The notes under the pieces: model-generated
Told to the model about the DNA's origin: nothing
Databases searched by the model: none
The model's input: only the letters and a program-made list of their open reading frames with translations
Source: Octopus vulgaris
Taxonomy: Eukaryota
Reading direction: 5' to 3'
Assembly: GCA_951406725.2 (NCBI GenBank)
Contig: OX597814.1
Coordinates: forward strand, 192,138,001-192,202,000
Length of the DNA: 64,000 bases
Part shown: one piece after another, positions 42,951 to 54,660 of the stretch
Layout: every line of letters begins with the position of its first letter
Position numbering within the stretch: the stretch's first letter is position 1
Made by a program: the position numbers and the translations under genes

Positions 42951-43340
42951 AGGCGCAGGAGTGGCTGTATGGTAAGTAGCTTGCTACCCAACCACATGAT
43001 CCCAGGTTCAGTTCCACTGTGTGGCACCTTGGGCAAGTGTCTTCTACTATAACCTTGGGCCAACCAGAGCCTTGTGAGTGGATTTGGTAGTCAGAAACTG
43101 AAAAAAGCCCATTTTGTGTGTGTGTGTGTGTATGTTTGTGTCTGTGTTTGTCTCTCCAACATCGCTTGACAACCCTGCTGTACTCTTTCGCCACAACTTT
43201 CTCTCACACTTTCTTCTGTTGGCCTGCTCGCTTAGCCAGCGGGGTGGCATCATCTGAAGGCTAAAACAATGCGATGTGCATTGTAACCGGCGATGTGTAG
43301 CAACATCTGATAGCATGGTCGGTCACAGTGATCACAGTGA
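42951..43340 (+). mobile_element. Chimeric SINE: family A 5' half joined to a different 3' half
   Basis: Family A up to CGCTTGACAACC (~43173), then CTCTTTCGCCACAACTTTCTCTCAC shared with the 22691 SINE, then a distinct tail. Confidence 0.6.
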
Positions 43341-43584
43341 TATATATGAATGCACACACACACACACACACATCATTTAATCTCCACTTTTCCATGCTTG
43401 GAATTTGTTGAGACAGATTTTCTTCAGCTGGATGCCCTTCCCAATACCAACAGTCTCCTGTTCTTAAACAAGGTAACATCTTCCCTTAGCTAGACATGCT
43501 TTTCATAAAGGACTAACTTGCATTATGATGATGATGGCTCATTTACAACCATCATCTATGATAAGTGTACAAACACATGCATAT

Positions 43585-43810
43585 AGTAGTAGGCATCCGT
43601 TGTTCGAAAGAGACCTTGGACCTGCACCTGGAGAAATTGTGTCAGCTGCTGAAGGTGATGCAGCTTCCACTGTGCAGCAGAGGTCCATATGGGAGTGGCA
43701 GTCATACATACAGTGACTGCATTTGAAGGAGTTCCCCACCGGTGCTATTGGTTTTTCCTTTTATCGAGTGTGCTTTTCTTTGGTGGCAAGTTTCCATTTC
43801 TCTTCCAAGA
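43585..43810 (-). mobile_element. Probable RTE-tailed SINE/LINE 3' end
   Basis: Minus strand ends GGTCTCTTTCGAACAACGGATGCC(TAC)n, similar to RTE/BovB-type termini (from recall). Confidence 0.4.
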
Positions 43811-43985
43811 AACACACACACACACACACACACATAAAATGAAGTCAAACCAAATAATGATATTTATGCATTTAATAATTGTGCAGTGAATTAAAAAGGG
43901 AATTTCATGCAATATCTTCCTCAATTAAAACGTATCAAAATTCTAGTAATGTGCATTGCTTCTATGCATAACACAAATTTGATAT

Positions 43986-44029
<44 letters not shown>

Positions 44030-44032
<3 letters not shown>

Positions 44033-44345
44033 GAATAAAAAATTTTGAATGGTACGACAATGCACTATAATACAGACAATGGATTAATATACCTGTTGTA
44101 ATTTAGTCATCCATAGTCTGATATGATATTTCGGAATAGTATTCCTTCTTCAGATATTCTTTTTAATAAAAAAGAAAAGCTGTTAGAAAACCAATTATTG
44201 CAGTGACTCCATCTAAGAATATCTGAAGAAGGAATATTATTCCGAAATATCATATCAGACTATGGGTGACTAAATTACAACAGGTATATAGCCCATTGTC
44301 TGTATTATAGTGCATTGTTGTACCATTCAAAACTTTTTATTCTTT
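44030..44345. repeat. Long inverted repeat (arms ~44030-44161 and ~44215-44345) between (TA)n tracts; probable Penelope-like element terminus
   Basis: Arms are reverse complements with few mismatches around a ~53-nt spacer, flanked by (TA)n at ~43988-44028 and ~44388-44440. Confidence 0.85.
44202..44271 (+). ncRNA. Minimal type I hammerhead-ribozyme-like motif
   Basis: CUGAAGA (44223-44229), extra A, stem II GGAAU/AUUCC, GAAA (44244-44247), palindromic AUAU stem III, AUC site at 44249-44251. Stem I is AUAU/AUAU plus distal AGUGACUCCAU/AUGGGUGACU. Confidence 0.6.
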
Positions 44346-44385
44346 ACAAACAATACACAATGCTTGAAGCGAACTACAATACTCT

Positions 44386-44445
<60 letters not shown>

Positions 44446-44447
44446 TA

Positions 44448-44660
44448 CAAGGTGGCCCAAAAGTAGGTTTACAGTTATTAAACTATCTCTTTTGCATTCA
44501 TACATTAACAGTTTAGATCTTAATTATAAAAAAAATATGAAACCATTATTCTATGCTAATTTATTTAATTATAAGATAGAAATTTAAATGTAGTAAAATG
44601 TTTTAAAAGAAATTTAAAGTGCCTGCGTGATAAATGTAAACCTACTTTTGGGCCACCCTG
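44448..44660. mobile_element. Tc1/mariner MITE
   Basis: 26-bp TIRs CA(A/G)GGTGGCCCAAAAGTAGGTTTACA with TA on both sides. Confidence 0.85.
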
Positions 44661-47209
44661 TATACACACACACACATGACTGGCTTCTTTCAGCTTCCAT
44701 CTATCAAGTCCACTCAAAGGATTTTGGTCAACTCAGGATCATAGTACTAGACACATGCCCAAGGTGCTGCACTGTGGAACTGAACTCAAGACCACATGGT
44801 TGGGAAGCAAGCTTCTTAACCACATAGCCACATATGCACCTGTGTGTGTGTGTGTGTGTAACAAATTTTCATTTTCTTTTTTTTTTTGGTGGTGGGGATG
44901 AGGCTATTATATGGAACCTATTAGGTTAGATAGTAGAAATGTATGAAATGTGTGAAGGTGTGTGGAGAAATTGGATAGATTTTAAATGATACCTAAGTAT
45001 ATCAGACATTTTGTTGCATTGATATGTCAACAAAGATGAGCATTTATTATAGAGTCATATCAGCATAGAACTAGCAAAGCTTTGAGAAGTTAACTGAATT
45101 GAAGCACCAGAAAGTTCATGGTTCAGACAGGAAGATGTTCCGGGGTAGGAAAATGTGAGATATATGTATTGGGCAGTGAATTGTGATAATCGTTTGTGTG
45201 TGTGTCTTTATTTTACCTTTTGACTCTTTACATCTCCACAAGGTGGCATTTTGCTAAAAAGAGACTGATAGAATAGTACCATTTTTTTTTTAAAGAAAAA
45301 AGGTACTGGTGTTGATTTGATGCCCTAAAAAAAAAACGATCTGTAAAAGAAATGCTCCAGCATGGCCACAATCTAATGACTGAAATAAGTACAAGAATAC
45401 AGTTGCCTTTCATCCTTTCAGGGTTGTTTAAATTAGTACCAGTTACGCACTGGGGTCGATGTAATCAACTTAATCCATTTGTCTGTTCTTGTTTGTCCCC
45501 TCTACGTTTAGCCCCTTGTGGGCAATAAAGAAATAAGAAACGCTACATTCTGAGGTATATTATACCTTAAGCTCCAAAACTGAAGGCAGCCATATTAGGA
45601 TGTCATAGAACTACACTTCACCTGACAAGAATTACTGAAGCTCCTGTCAGGAAATTTTAAACTTCAGGGGTGGCTATGTACTGCTTGTCATGTAAATGCA
45701 ATATCTAGGGAGAGAGAGAGAGGAGAGAGGGGATTAATGGGTTTAGCATTCTATGTTATGAACCTAAGAAAACACCAGGGAATCTTCTAGCAACAATGTT
45801 AACTGTTGGAAAATTTGTTAGCATTTTTTTGACTGACTCTTTTGAAGTCTAACAAAAAGAAGTAAAACATTCCTTATAATGTTTTTTCTATTTTTTTGTT
45901 CTTTTATTTGTTTCATTCATTTGACTGCAGCCATGCTGGAGCACCACCTTTAGTTGAAGATATCAAGCCTAGTATTTATTCTATCGATATCTTTTGCCGA
46001 ACTGATAAGTTACAGGGACATAAAGTTACATTCTGAGTTCAAATTCCACCGAAGTCGACTTTGCCTTTCATCCTTTCGGGGTCGATTAAATAAGTACCAG
46101 TTACGCACTGGGGTTGATATAATCGACTTAATCCGTTTGTCTGTCCTTCTTTGTCCCCTCTGTGTGTAGCTTCTTGTGGGCAGTAAAGAAATAAGAAGTG
46201 CATGGGCTGCGTGGAAGGTGGGGCGGGGGCTGTGTTGAATAATAAACCTCGTTTGGTTACATTATATGAGAATATCTTTGACAGACTATGAACTACTCAG
46301 CCAACCTTTGTATCTTTATATCCAACTTAATGTGGATGTCTCATTAGAACACTGAAAATTGTGTTTTTAGCTTTGAAAGGTCCTCTTATATAGGTGCTTA
46401 AGCTTGAAAAAAAAAAGCAAAGGTTAGGATCAGGAAGGGCATATGTCCATAGAAAACTGCCTGAAGAAGTCTGGTCCAACCCATACCAGCGGTGAAAAAG
46501 CAGATGTAAAAATGATGATGGTGGTATATTATTTTGCTATGTTGATAGTGACTTCACAGTTTCGTTGCTTTTCTCTGCTGAAATTTCAAAGTCATGGTCT
46601 ATTTTTACCTTGTAAAAATAAGTTACTCAAGTTAAAGTATTGACTGATCCTTCAATAAATGTTTGATAGTTTGTTTTATTTTTATACATAAAAACCAAAT
46701 GACAATGTACACATCTTATATATCGTCATCATCGTTTGATGTCTGTTCTTCCATATACTGATATTGTTATATATAAAACAAGACGAGAAGCAAAACTTGT
46801 AGTACCAGACAATTTGATTTTTACAATAAATTCAGCTCTACTCTCAGAATTGAGTCAGTAAACATTCTGTTGTTCTTAAACTAGTTTTAAAATAATGATG
46901 TTTTAATATGTCTTCATCATCATTATCATCATAATCCCCATTATTATCATTTAACACCCATTTTCCATGCTGACATGGGTTTGACAGAAGCTGTCAAGCT
47001 TTCATGTCAGCTTTGGCATAATTTCTATGGTTGGATGCTCTTCCTAATGCCAACTACTTTACAGAGTGTACTGGATGCTCTTTTGTGTGTCTGTGTAAAA
47101 TTAATCAAGTAAATGTATGAGGACTCTCAACTCCCTCATCACACACGTATGAGATAAGTCATACATTTCTCCTGTTAACTTAATCCTATTATTCTTAGTC
47201 CAATCACCT

Positions 47210-47261
<52 letters not shown>

Positions 47262-49652
47262 TTGTTTGGGTACTTTTAGTTTTCAGAATATCTGGAAAAA
47301 GGACAGAAAAAAATAATTTCACAGAAGGCCAATGGGGTCCAGTTGGACCCCAATGACCATATTTTATGCTATAACATTCCATATGACAGGAAATTTTTAG
47401 CTCAAAATTTGTATGTGCATACATAAACCATTGACAATAAAAGTCATGCAACTCTTACATTTTTTTTATTTAAATGATTATAAACCTCATGACTTTTAAA
47501 ATTTGATAGGGTCCCAAGGCAACCCCACCAGCCCATGAAGGGTTAAGACAACAAGCTGGCAGAATCATTAGCACACTGGGTAAAATACATAGCAGCATTT
47601 TGTTAGTCTTTACATTTTGAGTTTACGTTGCCTGACTGGCACTTGTGCCGGTGTGCAGGCGGTGACACGTAAAAAAAGAAAAAAACACGATTTTCCGTGA
47701 CCGTTGCCAGTATCACCTGACTGGCCCTCTTGCCAGTGGCACGTAAAAGCACCCACTACACTCGGAGTGGTTGGCATTAGGAAGGGCATCCAGCTTTAGA
47801 AACTCTGCCAAATCAAGATTGGAGCCTGGTGCAGCCATCTGGTTTGCTAGTCCTCAGTCAAATCATCCAACCCATGCTAGCATGGAAAGTGGACGTTAAA
47901 CGATGATGTTGATGATTCCACTGAGGTCGATTTTTGCCTTTTGTTCTTTCAGAATCAATAAAATAAGAACCAGTTAAAAACTGAGGTTGAAATTGCTGGC
48001 CTTGTGCCAAAATTTGAAATCATCATCATCATCATTAATTTTGTTTTATTATACTGTTGAACATGCATTAAGTTTTGATAATAAACCAGTTAATCTTCAA
48101 AACTGGTAAAATAGATTCAATCCCAATTAGCACTTCATCCATCTCAATAAGACTGAGATATAGAATAAGACATCTGAAAAATCTTATGAGTATCTCCTTG
48201 ATGTATTTACACTTGTTTTCCCATGTTTCTGTTAATCTACAAGGTTGGATCAAACTACTTTGTAGCTTAAAAACTTCCACTCAGCCATAAAGCAGGAGAA
48301 TTCTGTTAACAAAATCTTAAGCTGATTCCCCACCCCCCACCCCGTCCCTTTCCACTAGTACTGTTGCTGTCACTTGAATATTTTTTTTTTACATGTGTGT
48401 GATTAGTGCGTGATTAATTAAATCTAACGTCAGGTTCTATAAAATTGATCTGTTTCCTTTCATCTCCATCAATGGACCAACTGCTAATAGTTATTGCGAG
48501 AAGAAAAGGTGTTTGTATTATTTAATCTTAAATGTTGAGCCTGTTCATAGGGAAACAAACATCATACAAAGATTTGTAGTCTTTGCCCCCAAAGCATAAA
48601 TGCTTCAGCTATATAAAAGCTGACAAGGTGTGAATATTCAGGTGCTAGATGCGTAAAAATGGCCCATAACTTATTGATTGTTAGGACATCACCGTACTGA
48701 CTTTGCAAGTCAGTATGGTGAAGTCTGTATCTCCACAAACTATAGTCAACAGCTGGAACTTTCACATGCAATGAGTAAATGAAGTGAAATGCTTAACTTG
48801 GAGTCAAACCCACATTTCGGAATGATGTTATTGGTAGTTATATATATGTGTGTGTATTTGTTTTCATCTCCCACCACTGTTTGACAACTTGTGCTTGTTT
48901 GTTTACATTCTCTGTAACTTAGCAGTTTGACAAAAGAGAATGATAAAATAAGTACCAAACTTAAAAAAAAAGAAGCACTGGAATTGATTTATTCAACTAA
49001 ACTCTTTAAGGTGGTTCCCCAATATTACGAAAACAAATAAACGATAAAAAAAGTTCCTTCAAAGGATTTTGTTTACTTATTGAGCACACTCTGTATAATT
49101 TTCCTAAGTTATGACTCACCACCACCACCACCGAGTTGTTTCTATCTTTACATTGCAGTAATCTCAATACTGAACTAACATAAAGGGAAAAAAAAATGTC
49201 TGAAATAAATTAAATGTTACAGCTGTTATGCTTCGTTAGTTTTAACTAACTTACATTACTCAACTTGTTTCCATTCAGTTCTACTGAACCAGAAAACAGG
49301 TCTCTCTGTAAAGTAATTACCATTGTTACTTCATGGTTAATTGGTCTCCAGGAGGATGTATAACCAGCTGTTAAAATTTCACTTCCAAGTTGTACAAATT
49401 TTTAAAGATTGCCGACCCCTTATCAACCATCCTAGCAGACAAAATTGAATGTGAAGCAACTAAAGAGAAATTAATTAGTCACATTGCTGGTACATTTCTT
49501 AATAAAATTCATTGAGCATAAAAATTCTTACCAACATTTTTGCATATTAAATAATTTTCAAACTTACAGTTAGCTGATTTTTTTTTTCTCTCTCTCTAGC
49601 TTAAAGATTATATTTCTGAATAAAAAATTTAATGCTTAAATTCTGTGTTTAA

Positions 49653-49875
49653 CCCTTTCGTTACTGCATTTATTTTGAGATGCTCTGTGTTTCTTTCAAT
49701 CAGTTTTAAATATAACAAAGAATTTAGTAAAATAATTTAGTTATCATTAAACTAGTGTTAGGAAACATAAATTGTGACTAGGGTTTGCTGGAAGATTTTC
49801 ATTCAAAACTTACGAAAACAAGACATTTGTACTACAGAGCCAGAGCCGGTTTCAGCCAGGTTGATAACGAAAGGG
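49653..49875. mobile_element. piggyBac-like MITE family 1 (~220 bp)
   Basis: TTAA-CCCTTTCGTTA ... TAACGAAAGGG-TTAA. Confidence 0.85.
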
Positions 49876-50127
49876 TTAAAGACTGGTTCTGCTAAAATTT
49901 CTGACAGCAAAAACTGCATGTCAGTGAGTTGTAAAACATGTCACTGTTTTCAGTGTTTATAGTTATACCAAAAGTTTGTTGACTAAATTAAATAATTAGC
50001 TAGCTTTATCTTGAAGATTTTAAATGTGCCATTCATTGCATGAACTTCAACATTAATTGCCTGGAAATAAGTATTTTATTGTTTTAAAATTGGATGAGCA
50101 GAATTGGTAGAGTCTCTAGCAGTATTT

Positions 50128-50545
50128 ACCATAAATCCTTGAGTATAATCCGCATTTATTTTTTCCAAAAATTTAAAGGTCAAAATCCCTAGTGCGTACT
50201 ATAGACGAGGTTAAAAATGAAAAAATATTTTCTAAGTAGTGTCCGAGTCTCTATTTGCTGTCTGACAATGTTTATTCAGACATATTTTGTGATGTCAGGT
50301 GCGAAAATATCTTAAGCTAAGCCTGAAAGCAATGAAGTCATAAAAGAATCATCCATAACTTGCAATAAGCAACATTTATTAAACATTATTACTGTTATTT
50401 CTTTATTTTCTGCAAACAAAATGCACAAAAAAGCTACACGTTTGCATTCTATGTACAATAATAATAAAGGACGTTACCGTATACAGTTTTACAAACCAAG
50501 GACGTTATATAGACCTCCTTGACTCAAGTTAGAGAAGGGGTGCTT
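50128..50545. mobile_element. Pogo-like non-autonomous fragment, broken by the hammerhead-family repeat
   Basis: Starts TA-CCATAAATCCTTGAGTATAATCCGCA with a subterminal inverted GCGTACTATAGACGAGG. Confidence 0.45.
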
Positions 50546-50549
50546 TCTA

Positions 50550-50792
50550 TTTCTATTTCTTATTTTACTATATATATACAAAAGTTAGAGGACTGACCAC
50601 TAAAAGTGGACAGCCTATATGCTAGGTATAGACGTCAAATCACCATTTTCCATGAAGAATGTGTTCTCATGAAAAAACTCAGCAAAAAACCAAAGTGTAA
50701 AAATAAGTAAGACAAATGAAAATATACAAAATAAAAAACGATTACCTATGTACTAATTAGTTTCACTTGTTAATATTTACGTATATGGACAC
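50550..50792 (-). repeat. Truncated second copy of the hammerhead-bearing repeat
   Basis: Nearly identical to 54210-54454 but stops inside the stem II loop, so it lacks CUGAUGA. Confidence 0.9.
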
Positions 50793-50977
50793 ACCATGCA
50801 AAATGCTTAGTGGTATTTCGTCAGTCTTTACGTTATGAGTTCAAATCTTACCAAGGTCGATTTTTGCCTTTCATCCTTTCAGGGTCGATAAATTAAGTAC
50901 CAGTTGCATACTGGGGTTGATCTAATCGACTGGTTCCCTCCCACTAAATTTCAGGTCTTGTGCCTATAGCATAAAGG

Positions 50978-51022
<45 letters not shown>

Positions 51023-51855
51023 TAAGGTGGTAAGCTGGCAGAATCATTAGCACAATAAGCTAAATACTTAGCAGCCCTGACTTGAGAGCTTTTAGTCAAA
51101 CAATTGATATCAGTACTTGGGTAGGAGGTGAGTTGGGTACTTATTCTAGCAGTCTCTTTTGCAGAGCCATAAACAAACCAACACTGGGTATCAAGCAGTG
51201 GGCAGGGGTGATAAACACAGAACAGACACACGTACACACCCGTGCACGCACATAGCAGGCTTCTACACAGTTTTCGTTTACCTAATTCACTCACAAGGCA
51301 TTGCTTGCTCTGGGGCTGTCATAAGAGACGCCCAAGGTGCCATGCAATGGGACTGAACCTGAAACCACTTAGTTGTAAAGCAAGCTTCTTAACCACACAG
51401 ACATGCTTGTGCCTACACAGCAGTATTGTCAACACCTTTGATATCCAATCAGAATTCTCTATTCATTTGTGCCACACAGATCATCCAATAGACTCTACTT
51501 AACTCATTCTTCTTGAATCAAGGTAGATTATCACCTTCATTTCCCCGTGTTTTATTGAAAGCCATAGCATGAGAAAGCGAGGAGTTCATTTACTTTAGGT
51601 TTTGTTTTATTAAAATATTTACTGTCTTGTTTATGCAACATCAATGAATCATTGAATTTGTTTATCAATAATAAAGCAGTAAACTTCACTTTTCGCTGTT
51701 TGCAAAAATGTCATGTAATATCAAATGCGTTTGCATTCAATTTTAAAGCTGGAACATACAAGTCTCATGATCTCACCTTTGAAGTATCAATGACCAAAAA
51801 ACTAAGACAATAATGAACTTTATAAAGATAGCATCGTTGAAATCAAGGCCAAGTT

Positions 51856-52275
51856 TACTCTTTTACTCTTTTACTTGTTTCAGTCATTTGACTGCGGCCA
51901 TGCTGGAGCACCGCCTTTAGTCGAGCAAATCAATACCAGGACTTATTCTTTGTAAGCCTAGTACTTGTTCTATCGGCCTCTTTTGCCAAACCGCTAAGTA
52001 ACGGGGGACGTAAACACACCAGCATCGGTTGTCAAGTGATGTTGGGGGGACAAACACAGACGCACAAACATATACACACACATACATACATATATATATA
52101 TATACACATATATATATGACCGGCTTCTTTCAGTTTGTCTACCAAATCCACTCACAAGGCTTTGGTTGGCCCGAGGCTATAGTAGAAAACACTTGCCCAA
52201 GGTGCCACGCAGTGGGACTGAACCCAGAACCATGTGGTTAGTAAGCAAGCTACTTACCACACAGCCACCCCTGCG
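51856..52275 (-). mobile_element. SINE family A, full length
   Basis: Consensus match with GTTTAC at both ends. Confidence 0.85.
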
Positions 52276-52612
52276 TTTACCTAATCAAGTTTGTCAATAA
52301 TAGTGAAATCAATTTGAAGAAAACTGGAATAGAAAATTTACTATTAATTACTTTTTTTTATTTTGAATCAATACAATGTGATGGTGAGGCATTTCTATCC
52401 TTGCACTTAATTTCATTAGATACATGATGTTAACGAAGTAGTGAATTGTCAGTTTATTGCTAATGTGCTCAAAACCACACCAAAGCATTTCTCTGGATGG
52501 CACACTAAATTCTATTAGGTTGGAAAGTGAGTCCTATCGTATTTCAAAATGGGAAAGAAACAAATTCTTCTTTGATCTTAATTGAAATATTTAATCAAGA
52601 TATTTCCACTCA

Positions 52613-52827
52613 TTAAAGCAGCAAGCTAGCAGAATTGCTAGCATGCTGGGCAAAATGCTTAGCAGCATTTTGTCGGTCTTTATGTTCTGAGTTCAAATTC
52701 TGTCAAAATCGACTTTGGCTTTCATCCTTTCGGGACCAGCAAAATAAATACCAGTTAAACACAAGCCAATATAATCAACTTACTCTGCCCCCAAGATTGC
52801 TGGCCTTGTGCCTAAAATTGAAATCAG
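52613..52827 (+). mobile_element. SINE family B with 12-bp TSD
   Basis: TATTTCCACTCA at 52601-52612 and 52828-52839. Confidence 0.8.
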
Positions 52828-52944
52828 TATTTCCACTCACTATTGATAACATAATCACATCTTTTTGACAAATTGTTGATCTCTTGGGTGTAACATTTTT
52901 CAGCTTTCAAAAGCTAAGAAACACTCAATGTCGTTTTTGACCTC

Positions 52945-52945
<1 letters not shown>

Positions 52946-52977
<32 letters not shown>

Positions 52978-53195
52978 GTTTAACATCCATTTTCCATGGT
53001 GGCATGGGTTGGACGGTTTGACTGAGGTCTGGAGAGCCAGCGGCTGCACCAGGCTCCAATCTGATCTGGCAATGTTTCTACAGCTGGATGCCCTTCCTAA
53101 TGACAACCACTCCAAGAGTGTAATGGGTGCTTTTTACATGCCACTGGCACAGGAGCCAGTCAGGCATGTCTAGCATCAATCGTGTTCGGATAGTG
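52946..53195 (-). mobile_element. RTE 3'-UTR fragment inserted in a mariner relic
   Basis: (ATC)n followed by the reverse complement of the RTE tail. Confidence 0.8.
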
Positions 53196-53848
53196 CAATA
53201 ATGTTGCATTAATCTAAAAAAGATGATAATCAGATGGAGTAAAGTTAAGAGAGTGGCAGAGGAGGCAAAACTTCCATATTTGGTGCTATAATCTTTTCCT
53301 GGGTCACTTGCATTATTATGTAAGAACAACATCCTTTTACAATTAACCAACGATGGACACATTTTCTGCGAATTTCTTTGCAAGTCTTCCAGTTCACAAC
53401 AATACTTCTTTGTATCATCTATTTCGTTTTTGTTTAACACTTCCTGATAGACAAACGTCTTTCATATCCCACCAAGCACAAAGCATAATATTTTTTATCA
53501 TCATTTGACGCAATATTTTCCATGCTGGCATGAGTTGGACAAGTATATATTCTTGGTAATATATTCTGTTAATTATTAGTGCTTAGACATTCATTAAATT
53601 GTAATTAGCCTTTACAGAGTAAAGAGGCTTTATTTGTTGGTGTTTTTTTGTTTTTTTTTTGTTATTTTTCATAGAAGAATAAGAAAAGGGTGTTGCAAAT
53701 GAGAAGTGACAATTGTTTCATTTGAGTATTGAAAAGAATTTTTTTTTTAAATTTAATGTTTTGTATAAAATTTCATCTCTGTGTTGCTAATAATAATGGG
53801 TTTTTTTTTTTTCATTCTTTTTTAATTACAGACTTGCTCACTGACACC

Positions 53849-54032
53849 ATGTCAGCTCCACCACCACCACCACCTCCACCGCCATGTGCGCCCCCTTCTA
53901 TGAAGATGGGTGCCAAAAAACAAGCCAGTAATACTTCCAAGCCTGTGGATAGAAATGCTTTGCTTGGAGAGATTCATAAAGGTGCTAGACTCCGAAAAGC
54001 AGTTACCAATGACCGTAGTGCACCATCAGTTG
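53849..54032 (+). CDS. WIPF1: WIP/verprolin-family (WAS/WASL-interacting protein) N-terminal coding exon: polyproline + WH2 actin-binding domain; exon spans 53832-54032
   Basis: Translation MSAPPPPPPPPPPCAPPSMKMGAKKQASNTSKPVDRNALLGEIHKGARLRKAVTNDRSAPSV matches the WIP/verprolin signature (RxALLxxIxKGxxLxKxVTNDRSAP). Pyrimidine tract + ACAG acceptor ends at 53831, ATG sits in CACCATG context, and a G|GTGAGT donor starts at 54033 (phase 1). The symbol is family-level only. Confidence 0.9.
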
Positions 54033-54209
54033 GTGAGTTCAAGTAATTTCTTTATGTGTGTATATGTGTATGTATAACTGAAAAAATGAATAGAAATGGT
54101 ATTTCTGATAATTTTTGCACTTTATAAACATTTAATCATTAAAGTGGCAAAATTATCAGAAAAGCCATTTCTACTCATTTTTTCAAATATATATTACTGT
54201 ACCAAAGAC

Positions 54210-54660
54210 TTTCTCTTTCTTATTTTACTATATATATACAAAATTTAGAGGACTGACCACTAAAAGTGGACAGCCTATATGCTAGGTATAGACGTCAAAT
54301 CACCATTTTCCACGAAGAATGTGTTCTCAAGAAAAAAACTCATCAAAAAAACCAAAGTGTTAAAATAAGTAAGACAAATGAAAATATACGAAATAAAAAA
54401 CGATTACCTATGTACTAATTAGTTTCACTTGTTAATATTTACGTATATGGACACGCAAACATCTGCAAGATCATCAGCATAGTCTGTCGTTTACTAAACA
54501 CAATTTCCAGAACTAGATACAGAACACTCAGCCGAAATCCAGCATGTATAAAGTTCCACAAATTATATAAATTAAACATTTTATAGCAATTCAAAGCCTA
54601 GTGAATTTAAGATGTTTGACATTTGTTTTGTCTTAAATTGTTACAAACTTGATTGAAAAT
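54210..54660 (-). mobile_element. Hammerhead-bearing repeat, longer copy (Penelope-like/retrozyme candidate)
   Basis: Shares ~245 bp with 50550-50792 and contains the full hammerhead fold. The upstream boundary is uncertain. Confidence 0.55.
54398..54492 (-). ncRNA. Type I hammerhead-ribozyme-like motif in a dispersed repeat
   Basis: Minus strand reads AAACGA-caga-CUAUG CUGAUGA u CUUG...CAAG u GAAA CUAAUUAG UA CAUAG-guaa-UCGUUU. The core boxes are intact and stems I, II and III all pair. The first stem II position is a U-U mismatch. Confidence 0.75.

Larger units (their letters stand above)
52513..53480 (-). mobile_element. Mariner transposon relic (3' half and TIR) interrupted by a SINE and an RTE tail
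   Basis: Minus strand encodes YCCELEDL...CPSLVNCKRMLFLHNNA (the HDNA motif) and EEVKNDIECFL...INNLSKRCDYVINS. Terminus TATTAGGTTGG at 52513. Confidence 0.75.

Noticed and set aside
51760-52340. Possible hAT transposase C-terminal relic around the SINE (YKDSIVEIK...KFVNNSE)
   Set aside because: Similarity is too weak to call by eye.
53729-53831. N-terminal part of the 105-aa ORF
   Set aside because: Intronic polypyrimidine tract upstream of the acceptor; the ORF begins at TTG.
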